A stretch of DNA of 52,196 bases from Candidatus Saganbacteria bacterium CG08_land_8_20_14_0_20_45_16 (GCA_002774365.1 PEYM01000002.1:1-52196), one strand, 5' to 3'. Shown: positions 10,531 to 19,758, numbered from the stretch's first letter. The notes: generated by a model from the sequence alone, not told the origin. Numbers and translations are program-made.

Positions 10531-10584
10531 CCCTCACCCCAGACAAGTTGAGTCTTTGCCCCCTCTTCTTTTGGGAGAGGGGTG
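10530..10584. repeat. REP-like palindromic element
   Basis: CCCTCACCCC...CCCCTCTTC-TTTT-GGGAGAGGGG hairpin between purM and purN. Related to 597-614 and 35925-35978. Confidence 0.7.
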
Positions 10585-10602
10585 ATTTGCGAAGTGTAAA
10601 TT

Positions 10603-11181
10603 ATGATAAATATCGGAGTTTTGATCTCTGGCCGTGGTTCTAACTTGCAAGCAATTATTGAGGCTTGTGAGAATGGGGATATTTCAGCCAGGGTAGCTAT
10701 TGTTATTTCTAATAAAGCAGAGGTCTATGGCCTTGAGCGGGCCAGGCAGCGCAATATCCCTACCGCGGTTTTAACTTCAGAAAAGGAAATTGTCCAAGAG
10801 CTAGAAAAATACGAAGTTGAGTTGGTTTGTTTGGCTGGCTACATGAAGATTGTTGGCGCAGCGCTCCTTAAAAAATATTTTGGTAAAATGATTAATATCC
10901 ACCCCTCACTTTTGCCTTCGTTTCCCGGTCTGCACGGTCAAAAGCAAGCGTTGGATTATGGTGTTAAAGTTTCCGGAGTGACTGTTCACTTTGTTGATGA
11001 GGGGTGCGACACTGGCCCGATAATTTTGCAAGCCACGGTTCCTGTCTTAGATGATGACACAGAAGACACTTTATCTGCTAGAATACTTGAGCAAGAACAC
11101 AAGCTTTATCCGCAAACGATTAAGCTGTTTGCACAGGGGAAGCTTCAATTGGTAGGGCGAAAGGTGTGTGTGTCTGCTTGA
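10603..11181 (+). CDS. purN: phosphoribosylglycinamide formyltransferase
   Basis: ISGRGSNLQA, NIHPSLLPSFPG, GVTVHFVDEG.DTGPII. Confidence 0.97.
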   Translation: MINIGVLISGRGSNLQAIIEACENGDISARVAIVISNKAEVYGLERARQRNIPTAVLTSEKEIVQELEKYEVELVCLAGYMKIVGAALLKKYFGKMINIHPSLLPSFPGLHGQKQALDYGVKVSGVTVHFVDEGCDTGPIILQATVPVLDDDTEDTLSARILEQEHKLYPQTIKLFAQGKLQLVGRKVCVSA

Positions 11182-13021
11182 AATATTCAATCAGGCTAGG
11201 GTGTTCTCCGATTATTTTTTCTAATATTAGTTTTGCTTTGGCTTGTCCTTTTGCCAGTCTAGTTTGATCTTCTTCGGTGAAGCCGTAAAAGCTCCCTTTT
11301 TTAACCCATTCTTGTAGTTCTGGATGAAAGAGAGCAGTGAGAGCAGTAGCAAATATTTTTACATCTTCCTCTCTGCTTTCTCTTTTTAAATAAACAATGG
11401 CATTTCTATTTTGTTCTTCGGCTGCCTCTAGGATTTTTAAGGTGACAATTCCTTGGAAGGGATAAGAGAGCCCAGCATCTGTGAGGGTGTTGGTGTATTC
11501 ATAGACATTTTCTAGCGACATGGTTTTGTACATCTGCTGCAAGATGCCAAATTCTGCTAGGTGGTGAGCGTAATTTGATGAGGTCTCTTCATTGCAGATT
11601 CGTTGCAATTTTCCCCCGTCTTTTTCATTAAGAGAGGCGCGCGCCCTTAAGAGATCTGCCAGGAGTACTGCTGCCTCAAGATTGTTCTCTTGAGCCAGCC
11701 GTAAAAGGCGCAAAAATAGTTGATCTGCCAAACCATTAAGATTGTTCTTATAGTAAAGATTTATTTTTCTAAAAATAGCTTTTGTCCTAATGAAATTAAT
11801 CAGATCAGCTGCTGGTAGGGCGTCAATGGCTCGCTGACGCTCGGCGACCTCTAACTGGTAGAGAAAATCAAGCTCAGTATCATTACAGATTGTGGCAATA
11901 GTTGCTTGGTCTTTTTGCTCGATTAGCTCAATCAACCTTTGTTCAACCTTTTTTTTCATCGCGCGCAGCGCCGCAAAATGTGGGGCTTGGGTAGGTTTCC
12001 TTGGCTCATAGTTGTCAATCCAGGCTTTGGTTGCAAAATCATGGAGAGAGCTAGGAAGGACAAATGTCATTGCTTTTGCCAAAAGGCCGGTCTGGGCGCA
12101 GCAGACATACTCAGTAGCTCCGGGTTTTTCAAAAATTAGCTGCCCAAGACTAGCCTGGGCTTCAAGATCACTTTCTTTGGCTAGTGTTAAAAGTCTTTGG
12201 GTGATCTGCTCATCGTGTGGAGATAGCTGCTTTGTGCTGTCAGTAAGGGTGCTAAGGTGAGCTGTTTTTGAATAGGCCAAGAAGGTCTCTTTTGATAGGA
12301 GTGGAATGATTCTTGCCCAGAGCTCTTGATCTTCGCTGGTATTGGTAAAAGGGTTGAGCTGAGAATTGGTCACTATTTCTGCTAAGGCTTCTTGGGCGAC
12401 CGCGTCACCTTCTTCAGCTAAACTTAAGAGCCTTTGGCCAACTGCTTGTTGGAGTTTAGGGATCGAAAATCTTTCCTTCCCAATACGATGTAGCGCTCCT
12501 ACCTCGAGGCTTTTGACCAGCCTAATCACAACATCTTCTGGCAGACTGCTAGCAAGGATGCTGGCCGGGGCTTCAAGCTGGCGGACATATTCTGCCAGCC
12601 CAGCCCTAACTTCACTTTGGTTGCTTTCAGCTAGCTCTAAAATAGTTTCCAAAGATGTTCTGGGCAAATCACCCCTCCCCCTCATTGACCTAATCGTTTC
12701 CATTAGAGCATTTAAAACGTTTCTGATTCCTGCGGCTGGTAGGACAGTCAGGGTATTGGCCAGCACCCCGCATCTTGATAAATGCTCAAGATACTGAATT
12801 GACCATTGTCCGGCCCTCTCGCCCAGTCGTTCCTTGACCTTGGCACTCCCTTCTTCGGCTAGTTTGACCAGGCCTAAGGTTACTAAATCAGTTGGCCAGG
12901 TCAAACTTTCGCTGCGCATTGCTAGCTCGAGCGCTTGCAATTCAGCCAACAGTTTTTTTGGTAAGATCATGGGTCTTTTGTCTTGATCTTTTGGTGGATC
13001 AGAAAGGGCAGAAAGTCTCAC
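11120..13021 (-). CDS. orphan alpha-helical repeat protein (633 aa)
   Basis: Long ORF with recurring LxxLAExxDxxAxxxL units. No family recognised. Confidence 0.7.
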   Translation of the reverse strand: MRLSALSDPPKDQDKRPMILPKKLLAELQALELAMRSESLTWPTDLVTLGLVKLAEEGSAKVKERLGERAGQWSIQYLEHLSRCGVLANTLTVLPAAGIRNVLNALMETIRSMRGRGDLPRTSLETILELAESNQSEVRAGLAEYVRQLEAPASILASSLPEDVVIRLVKSLEVGALHRIGKERFSIPKLQQAVGQRLLSLAEEGDAVAQEALAEIVTNSQLNPFTNTSEDQELWARIIPLLSKETFLAYSKTAHLSTLTDSTKQLSPHDEQITQRLLTLAKESDLEAQASLGQLIFEKPGATEYVCCAQTGLLAKAMTFVLPSSLHDFATKAWIDNYEPRKPTQAPHFAALRAMKKKVEQRLIELIEQKDQATIATICNDTELDFLYQLEVAERQRAIDALPAADLINFIRTKAIFRKINLYYKNNLNGLADQLFLRLLRLAQENNLEAAVLLADLLRARASLNEKDGGKLQRICNEETSSNYAHHLAEFGILQQMYKTMSLENVYEYTNTLTDAGLSYPFQGIVTLKILEAAEEQNRNAIVYLKRESREEDVKIFATALTALFHPELQEWVKKGSFYGFTEEDQTRLAKGQAKAKLILEKIIGEHPSLIEYFKQTHTPFALPIEASPVQTA

Positions 13022-13510
13022 CCTAAAAAGCCTTGATCCTGATGAGTCAAAAAAAGAGTCGAAAGTCGATCGTTTAAAAAGTTTTGCGTGGCTAGGTCAC
13101 CGTCTTCTGCTAAAGTGACCAGCTGTTCAAAAACCTCGTCCAATGAGTGTTTAAGATCATTGCCATTAAAGACAAGGTCATCACGGCTGGCTAAGGCGAA
13201 AAGAGCTTCGAGGCTAAGGAGGCTAAGGAGGCTTAGCACACTTGCTAGCTGGCCACGCTGGCAGAATGATTCCATATCCGTGGCCTTTAATTGAGGGATA
13301 CATTCATCTAGAAAGGTGCGGATTTTTTGGCTGTTGTGGGCAACTGCAATGAGCTTGTGAAAAACTTCTCTCTGCCTTTCATGAGTGGTTAAATGAGCTT
13401 GGTCGATGATCCTTGTTCGGAGTAATCTCGTTTTTAGCCATTGACGTGTTGCTTTGTTTTGCAGCAGTATTTCCAGAGCCTTGGTAGAGCCGCTCTCATA
13501 GATTTGTGCG
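13018..13510 (-). pseudogene. 5'-truncated fragment of the same helical-repeat family
   Basis: Contains LVTLAEDGDLATQNFL. No credible start outside the divergent MNT gene. Its stop overlaps the next ORF (GTGA). Confidence 0.45.
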
Positions 13511-13537
13511 AGAAAAAATATGCTATAATTACCGGAA

Positions 13538-13834
13538 ATGGGAACAAAAGAAATTATAAGTAGAATTAGAAAACATCTTGCTTCCTTGAGAGAAGAATAT
13601 AATGTGGCTAAGATTGGTGTTTTTGGGTCAACGGTTAGAGGAGGGCAGACAACCAAAAGTGACATTGATATCTTAATTGATTTTTCGCGGCCAATTGGTT
13701 TTTTTAAATTTATTCAGCTCGAGAATTTATTGAGCAAAATGCTTAATAAACGCGTAGACCTAGTTTCTCGGAAAGCTCTGAAGCCCGCCATCAAAAGAGG
13801 GATCCTTAAGGAGGTTGTCTTTGTCAATGGTTAG
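13538..13834 (+). CDS. minimal nucleotidyltransferase (MNT) antitoxin
   Basis: FGSTVRG...SDIDILID (GSx10DxD), 98 aa, paired with a HEPN gene. Confidence 0.9.
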   Translation: MGTKEIISRIRKHLASLREEYNVAKIGVFGSTVRGGQTTKSDIDILIDFSRPIGFFKFIQLENLLSKMLNKRVDLVSRKALKPAIKRGILKEVVFVNG

Positions 13835-14174
13835 GGGGACAAAGCTTTATTTTGAGGATATTTTAAGCTCGATCAAGAAAATTGAGAGATATATAAAAAA
13901 TGTTTCACTCTTGACCTTTCAAAAGGATGAAAAAACTATCGATGCGGTAGTTAGAAATCTGGAAATTATCGGAGAAGCTGCTAACAACATTCCTGAAAAA
14001 GTGAAAGCTGAGAGCAAAGATATTCCCTGGCAGCAGATTATCGGTATGCGCAATAAAGTTATCCATGAGTATTTTGGTGTTGATATTGATATGCTTTGGC
14101 AGACCTTAATTGCTGATATCCCTCAGCTTTTAAAGCAGATTAAAGCACTTAAAAAGAATAAATTGTCGTATTAA
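13815..14174 (+). CDS. HEPN / DUF86 RNase toxin
   Basis: DAVVRNLEIIGEAA and IPW..I.GMRNKVIHEYFG (intact Rx4H). The true start may be ATG 13827. Confidence 0.9.
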   Translation: MSLSMVRGTKLYFEDILSSIKKIERYIKNVSLLTFQKDEKTIDAVVRNLEIIGEAANNIPEKVKAESKDIPWQQIIGMRNKVIHEYFGVDIDMLWQTLIADIPQLLKQIKALKKNKLSY

Positions 14175-14195
14175 TTTGGAAAAGAGGTAAAGTAA

Positions 14196-15824
14196 ATGGC
14201 AAAAAAGAAAACTCAAAACTCAAAATTCAAAACTCAAAAATTAAAATCTAAAATTCAAAAATCAAAACCATACGCGCTTCTTTCGGTTTCTGATAAATCA
14301 GGGCTGGATAAGTTTGCCAAAGGGTTAAAAGAGCTTGGGTTTGAAATTGTCTCTTCTGGCGGCACAGCGGATTTTTTGACCAAAGCCAAAATTAAAGTTA
14401 CTAAGGTCCAAAAGTTGACCAAGTATCCTCACATGCTGGATGGCCGGGTCAAAACCTTGCACCCAGTGATTCATGGCGCGATTTTAGCTGATCAAACAAA
14501 CCCTAAGCACTTAAAAGAACTGGCAAAATACAAGATCAATCCTTTTCGGATTGTGGTCTGCAACCTTTATCCATTTGAAAAAGTGATCTCAAAAGCAGAT
14601 TTTACCCATGAAGAGGCCATTGAAAATATTGATATTGGTGGGCCCTGCATGGTGCGGGCCGCGGCCAAAAACCACAAGAGCGTGGCGATTATTGTTGACC
14701 CTGCTGATTACAGCTTGGTCTTAGATGAGCTGAAAAATAATCAAGGGAAAATCCCGCCAGGGATGCGAGAGAGCTTGGCTAAAAAGGCTTTTGAGTACAC
14801 TCGCTATTATGATTCCGTGATCGTTAAGTACCTCTACTCGCGCGGGGTGGCAGAAGAAACCTTGCCTGCTCAGGTTGAGCTCCAACTGGAAAAGATCCAG
14901 GACTTAAGATACGGCGAGAACCCGCATCAAAAAGCCGCGCTTTACCGCGAGGTTAAGATTGGTTCGTGGGCAATGGGCTCGCAAGTTACCCGGGCCAAAC
15001 AGCTTGGGGGCAAAGAGCTCTCTTTTAATAATTACGTGGATATGGACGCTGCCTGGTCAGCGGCTAATGCTTTTGCTGACCCTACGATTGCTATTATTAA
15101 GCATACCAATCCTTGTGGTCTGGCTAGTGATGAGAGTTTGGTCGAAGCTTATAAAAAAGCCTATGCTGGTGATCCGGTCTCAGCCTTTGGCGGCATTGTG
15201 GCAGCCAACCGCCGCATTGATGAGGAGACCGCGATTGAGATCGCAAAACTTTTTGTCGAGGTGGTTATTGCTCCTGGCTATACTCCCAAGGCGCTTATGG
15301 TCCTTAAGGGGAAGAACAATTTGCGGATTATGGAGATGGGGGAGGGCTCGATCAATAAGCCTTTTACTGGTCTAGACATAAAACGGATCAGCGGTGGGCT
15401 GCTCTTGCAAGAGCCAGACCTAGCTCAGCTTGGGCTGGGCGAGATCAAGGTGGTCACAACAAAAGAGCCGACCTTAGAGCAGATGGAAGACCTTTTCTTT
15501 GCCTGGAACGTGGCCAAGTATGTTAAATCAAATACCATTGTTATTGCTAATAACAAGCAAGCAATTGGGATTGGCGCGGGTCAAATGAGCCGGATCGAGG
15601 CGGCTGGCCTAGCGATCCAGCGTTCGCGCACCGCGGTGAAGGGTGCGGTGCTGGCCTCTGATGCTTTCTTCCCATTTCCTGATGTTGTGGAATTTGCTGG
15701 CAAGCATGGCATTAGCGCTATTATTCAACCGGGTGGCTCCAAAAAAGATCAGGACTCAATTGATAAGGCTAATGAACTGGGGATTGCCATGGTCTTTACT
15801 GGCCGTAGGCATTTTAGACATTAA
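14196..15824 (+). CDS. purH: bifunctional AICAR transformylase / IMP cyclohydrolase
   Basis: ALLSVSDK, GRVKTLHP, IDIGGP, LRYGENPHQ, KHTNPCG, ASDAFFPF and FTGRRHFRH motifs. Confidence 0.97.
   Translation: MAKKKTQNSKFKTQKLKSKIQKSKPYALLSVSDKSGLDKFAKGLKELGFEIVSSGGTADFLTKAKIKVTKVQKLTKYPHMLDGRVKTLHPVIHGAILADQTNPKHLKELAKYKINPFRIVVCNLYPFEKVISKADFTHEEAIENIDIGGPCMVRAAAKNHKSVAIIVDPADYSLVLDELKNNQGKIPPGMRESLAKKAFEYTRYYDSVIVKYLYSRGVAEETLPAQVELQLEKIQDLRYGENPHQKAALYREVKIGSWAMGSQVTRAKQLGGKELSFNNYVDMDAAWSAANAFADPTIAIIKHTNPCGLASDESLVEAYKKAYAGDPVSAFGGIVAANRRIDEETAIEIAKLFVEVVIAPGYTPKALMVLKGKNNLRIMEMGEGSINKPFTGLDIKRISGGLLLQEPDLAQLGLGEIKVVTTKEPTLEQMEDLFFAWNVAKYVKSNTIVIANNKQAIGIGAGQMSRIEAAGLAIQRSRTAVKGAVLASDAFFPFPDVVEFAGKHGISAIIQPGGSKKDQDSIDKANELGIAMVFTGRRHFRH
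14208..14270 (+). repeat. in-frame heptamer array (AAAACTC/AAAATTC x9) in the purH N-terminus
   Basis: Nine 7-nt units (63 nt) encode KTQNSKFKTQKLKSKIQKSKP. Confidence 0.9.
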
Positions 15825-15842
15825 AAAAAGGGGGGGGTAATA

Positions 15843-17150
15843 ATGACAAAATTAAACAGTCCCAGGTCCTATGCTCTAGGTTCTACGTCTACTATTGCAG
15901 GTCAAAAGTGTAAACGACATCGGACATCGGACTTGGGACCTCGTACATTACTCTGTTTGACATTTTTAATTTTTAATTTGACATTGGTTTTGGGTGTTTC
16001 GGCCTTAGCCTTTGACTTTGGCAGCAGCCCCGTTATCACCACTATTGGGACTGATGCGGAAAAAAGTACAGCGCTCTCGTCCCAAATTGGCGATCTAAGC
16101 TTGGGTTTCATAAAAGTTGGCAGTAAAGAGGTGACGAATCTTTCTTGGCGTCCTAATTTTAAGTTGGGGGTCTTGGGATTGGGTCTTGATATTAATTATG
16201 CTTTGGGCGAAGAGAAGCCAAACGGTTATGAAAATATTGTTTTGCGTTATGTTGAATATGATGATGGCAGCAGGGGGTTGCGTTATGGGATTATTGAGAG
16301 TTTAACTTGGGGCCATGGGTTATTGATCAAAAATTACACCAATTGGCTGGCTGGTCTAATTTTACTTAATAATGATCAACTGGCGCTTTTGGGTTATGCA
16401 ACTTTACAAGAACGTTACGTGGTGCGTGGGCTTTGGTCGAAGACCGGGGTTATGGGCTTGCGGCTAGAAGAGAAAGTTAACCCTATGCTCAAGCTTGGTC
16501 AGACATATATTGTTGATAATGATGGGGTGATGCTCTCAGGGACAACTGAGGTGCAAAAGGTGGCTGGGGTAGGGCTCGATGCAACTGTCCCACTGCCGCT
16601 AAATTTTGAAGCCTTTGCTGAATGGGCGCAATTAGTCGGGCATGGCAGTGGTTTTAGCACAGGCCTTTCTTGGGCTTATGATTTATTGGTGGCAGACGCG
16701 TCATTTTTGGCAGCTTACCGGATGTTAGACAATGGTTTTGTGCCTGGGTACTTTGGTCAAGATTATGAGACCAACCCGATCAATTTAACTTCGGCTGAGG
16801 CGACTGGGAATATTAAAAATGGTTATGTAACTCAATTAGGGATTAATGCTCTGGGTTTGGCTGCCCTTAAAGTAGCTTATGAAAATTATAATGACAGTGA
16901 TTCTGCCTCAGTTATGGCTGATCTCTTTGCCAAACTGCCACAGGATGTTGAGGTGACAGGCTATTATAAGCAGCCTAATTTTACTAACTTTCGCTCCTTA
17001 TCTCTTGAGCAAGGGGCAATTATGGGGGGGTCGATTGCTTATCCAGTTAATCCATATACACGCGTAGTGGTCCACTATAAAAAGATTTACAACCCTGATA
17101 CAGCTTCGGTTGAAGAGTCGCAGTATTATGAGTTGAGGTTTAGTTTCTAG
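15843..17150 (+). CDS. putative outer-membrane beta-barrel protein
   Basis: Hydrophobic signal segment ending ALA, many amphipathic Gly/Tyr-rich strands, C-terminal YYELRFSF (terminal Phe). Confidence 0.65.
   Translation: MTKLNSPRSYALGSTSTIAGQKCKRHRTSDLGPRTLLCLTFLIFNLTLVLGVSALAFDFGSSPVITTIGTDAEKSTALSSQIGDLSLGFIKVGSKEVTNLSWRPNFKLGVLGLGLDINYALGEEKPNGYENIVLRYVEYDDGSRGLRYGIIESLTWGHGLLIKNYTNWLAGLILLNNDQLALLGYATLQERYVVRGLWSKTGVMGLRLEEKVNPMLKLGQTYIVDNDGVMLSGTTEVQKVAGVGLDATVPLPLNFEAFAEWAQLVGHGSGFSTGLSWAYDLLVADASFLAAYRMLDNGFVPGYFGQDYETNPINLTSAEATGNIKNGYVTQLGINALGLAALKVAYENYNDSDSASVMADLFAKLPQDVEVTGYYKQPNFTNFRSLSLEQGAIMGGSIAYPVNPYTRVVVHYKKIYNPDTASVEESQYYELRFSF
15858..15984. repeat. three in-frame heptamer arrays in the signal region of the OMP gene
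   Basis: CCCAGGT/TCTAGGT-type (15861-88), CGGACAT-type x5 (15914-48), TTGACAT/TTTTAAT-type (15957-84). Confidence 0.75.
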
Positions 17151-17195
17151 GGGTTTGGGAATTTTGGGGACTGGGCGCTGGGGGCTAGGGGGGAT
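17151..17195. repeat. intergenic G-rich heptamer array (TGGGGAC/TGGGCGC/TGGGGGC)
   Basis: Degenerate 7-nt periodicity immediately after the stop codon. Confidence 0.55.
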
Positions 17196-17222
17196 TGCTT
17201 AAGTTTTTGTTTGTCTTCACAT

Positions 17223-17249
17223 TGAAATTTTTCTCCCAAGGTGCTGATA
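17223..17249 (+). promoter_or_regulatory. sigma-28-like motif TGAAATTT-N15-GATA
   Basis: TGAAATTT TTCTCCCAAGGTGCT GATAAAT, followed by SD AAGGAGG and ATG 17287. Confidence 0.65.
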
Positions 17250-17286
17250 AATATCTGGCTAGATTTTTTTAAGGAGGGCCAGATTA

Positions 17287-18055
17287 TGAGCAGAGTTGGG
17301 AGTCCCCGTCGTCTGGATGCAACTGCAATTTTTACAATATTTTAAAGTCCAGGTTAGAGCAGTCGCGTTTGAGGGGGGAGAAACAGAAGCGTTTGCCTTA
17401 GCTTTGCTCAGAGATCGGTCGCGGGGGCAGAAGTAGGATTTTCCCAGCTTTTCTCTTTTTGAAATGAAATTGTTTAATGCGGCACGAGAGAAGCTTAGGC
17501 GGAGGTAGCTGTAAGCGCTACACGATGATTTACTTGTCTGTCAATCAACCACTCAGATTACTAAGGTCACCTGAGGCAATAACTAATCAAAAGATGAATA
17601 AAGGGCGAATTCACCCGCGGTTTTTGCGTTTGGACCATCCTTATGTTTCTGCGCAAATTTTATTGCAGTGGGGATTCCCAGAGGAGGTAGTTTTTGTAGT
17701 AGCCCATCATCATGGGAGTGCGGTTTGCCAAGATAAAATAGGAAAAAACGTTGCGGATAACTTGAATGGTTTTGACCTTCGTTATCTCGGCCAGGCTCCG
17801 CCCACCCCAATGGCGGCTTTACTTATGATTGCTGATAAGATTGAGGCTACACTTAATGGTTCACTTTATGGCAATGAATTAACCTCAACGGAGATTGAAG
17901 AGAAAATCACCCTTACCATTTCGGAGGTAATGAGGAGTTTACGTCGAGAGAAACAACTGGTTAATAGCGGACTCACTTTCCATGATCTAGAAGAGGTTGA
18001 AACAGCCTTTAAAAATGAATTGCTCCGTTTACACTCTTTACCTCGGCTGGCTTGA
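17287..18055 (+). pseudogene. disrupted HD-domain phosphohydrolase gene (PgpH/YqfF-like C-terminus)
   Basis: ORF 17477-18055 has HHHG...LRYLGQAP..PMAALLMIADKIEA...QL..SGLT. The SD-associated ATG 17287 reads only 19 codons, and no HD dyad is seen in frame. Confidence 0.6.
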
Positions 18056-18062
18056 CCGGTGG

Positions 18063-18089
18063 TGAAATTTTCCCCATGGTATTGTGATA
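18063..18089 (+). promoter_or_regulatory. sigma-28-like motif TGAAATTT-N15-GATA
   Basis: TGAAATTT TCCCCATGGTATTGT GATAAAT, ending 10 nt before ATG 18100. Confidence 0.65.
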
Positions 18090-18099
18090 AATATTTGTT

Positions 18100-18927
18100 A
18101 TGCCAATTGTTTTTAGGGAAGTAACCCTATATCAGCCGCGTTATCCAATTGTAGATGCACATTCCCACGGGTTTGAGCATGAAAAACATTTTGTTGAGAT
18201 GGCCAATCGATATGTCTCGCCCAGGGAGACCTTGCCCCTTTTTGGTGATGCTAGTGTCCAAGCCGCCAATGATACTATGGTGCGAGTGGGTATTTATTTG
18301 AGGATTCTTAAAAATCTGGCAGCTAAACCAACCTCTGTGCCAGCAGCTAATGACTTTGCCTTGAGGGTTGATTTGCAGTATCCAAACTTGGCGCCAACAG
18401 GGACCATCTATCTGGACTATGAACACAATGAAGCCGAGGTTGAGTGCCTGGCTGAGGCTGGGATCCGGGGGATTGCGTTAGATTCATGCTGGCAAGGATT
18501 TCACGTAAATGATCGAAGATTGGCTGATGTTTATCGCAAGATCTCTGCCTATCGCATGTTTGTTCTGATGCACGCCGGAGTTGATTCAAACGCCCCTCCC
18601 CGTGATGTTGAAACTTGGCCTGATCAAGTACTGGGAGCCAAGGATATGTTGCCTGACTCAATTGTAATTGCGGCCCACTTGGGGGCCAATATGAACCTTA
18701 AGCTAGCCAAAAACTATCGGGGAGTACAAGGTATCCTGCTTGACTTGGCCTGGCTGATGGAGTGCTGCCAAGGTTATGGCGTTTATTCAGTAATTACTTG
18801 GGAGGAGATTGCTGAAACTATTGACGTGGTTGGACCTGGAATGGTTATTTATTCCTCTGATTATCCGTGGGGTGACCCTGGCGCGCAGATAAGATTTTGG
18901 GAAGAGCACTTGCCAGACGAGGCTTGA
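18100..18927 (+). CDS. amidohydrolase_2-family metal-dependent hydrolase (probably C-terminally truncated)
   Basis: DAHSH, MHAG, IAAHLG and YSSDYPW motifs. Confidence 0.8.
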   Translation: MPIVFREVTLYQPRYPIVDAHSHGFEHEKHFVEMANRYVSPRETLPLFGDASVQAANDTMVRVGIYLRILKNLAAKPTSVPAANDFALRVDLQYPNLAPTGTIYLDYEHNEAEVECLAEAGIRGIALDSCWQGFHVNDRRLADVYRKISAYRMFVLMHAGVDSNAPPRDVETWPDQVLGAKDMLPDSIVIAAHLGANMNLKLAKNYRGVQGILLDLAWLMECCQGYGVYSVITWEEIAETIDVVGPGMVIYSSDYPWGDPGAQIRFWEEHLPDEA

Positions 18928-18960
18928 CGCAAAATTTCTCATGAAAATGCTAAGCAGCAA

Positions 18961-19758
18961 TTAAAACTGGCAGCTTAAAATCCGATCATGACCACTTAGG
19001 TCTTTAATTATGTTTATTCTATTGTATTTTTTTGTTCCTTCAGCTAGTTTCCTGACCGCTTCTCCTTGGTTATAGCCTATTTCTATGAGTAAGTAGTGTG
19101 GTAGTGCCGTAGTACCGTAGTACGGGGCTTGGGTGATTAGTCTTTTGATATAAGTAAGCCCATCTGGCCCGCCGTCAAGGGCAGGGTGTGGTTCAAAATC
19201 TTTAACATCAGGCTCAAGCTTTGCTATTTCAGATGTTGGGATATAGGGCGGGTTAGAGACGATCAGATCAAACTTTTTCGTTAAGCCAGTTAGCAAATCT
19301 CCTTGCTTAAATTCACAGCGATCCTGAACCTGGTGAAATTCTGCGTTCCTTTGAGAGATCTTAAGGGCTTTGGCTGAAGAATCAATTCCAATTACCTGAA
19401 CATTTGGTAAATATTTGGCTAGGCTGACTGCGATACAGCCAGAGCCAGTGCCGATATCCGCAATTCGATATTCGATATTCGATAGCCGTAATAATTTTAT
19501 TGTTGCCTCAACTAGCAGCTCTGTCTCTGGGCGGGGGATGAGGACGTTTTGGCCAATATAGAACTCTAGTCCCATAAAGGGTTGGTTCTTGACCAAGTAG
19601 GCAATTGGTTCATGGTTTAAGCGACGCTTGATCAGTTCGTTGTAATGCTTTTGTTCGCTTGGGGTTAATGCTCTTTTCGGATGACTAAAAAGTTTGGCGC
19701 GCTCGATCTTTAAAACATGGCAGAGGATGACCTCTTTTTCAAATTGGGGAACAACCAT
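18961..19758 (-). CDS. prmC: release factor glutamine methyltransferase
   Basis: EPIAY, LIPRPETE, DIGTGSG and SNPPY motifs; lies downstream of prfA. Confidence 0.95.
   Translation of the reverse strand: MVVPQFEKEVILCHVLKIERAKLFSHPKRALTPSEQKHYNELIKRRLNHEPIAYLVKNQPFMGLEFYIGQNVLIPRPETELLVEATIKLLRLSNIEYRIADIGTGSGCIAVSLAKYLPNVQVIGIDSSAKALKISQRNAEFHQVQDRCEFKQGDLLTGLTKKFDLIVSNPPYIPTSEIAKLEPDVKDFEPHPALDGGPDGLTYIKRLITQAPYYGTTALPHYLLIEIGYNQGEAVRKLAEGTKKYNRINIIKDLSGHDRILSCQF
19093..19124. repeat. in-frame octamer array (GTAGTGCC/GTAGTACC x4) in prmC
   Basis: Four 8-nt units encoding YYGTTALPHY. Confidence 0.8.
19464..19484. repeat. in-frame heptamer array (TTCGATA x3) in prmC
   Basis: Three perfect units encoding LSNIEYR just before the SAM-binding motif. 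Confidence 0.8.

Noticed and set aside
13510-13665. N-terminal part of the 215-aa minus-strand ORF
   Set aside because: It is antisense to the well-supported MNT gene, so it is a shadow extension rather than a real start.
13538-14174. MNT-HEPN pair as a novel defence system or mobile element
   Set aside because: It is an ordinary, well-described MNT-HEPN toxin-antitoxin module, with no integrase, terminal repeats or additional partners.
18925-18927. TGA recoding (alternative genetic code or selenocysteine)
   Set aside because: TGA ends other genes at expected positions (e.g. purN 11181, YfhO 3057), and the position is not catalytic. A simple nonsense mutation is more parsimonious.
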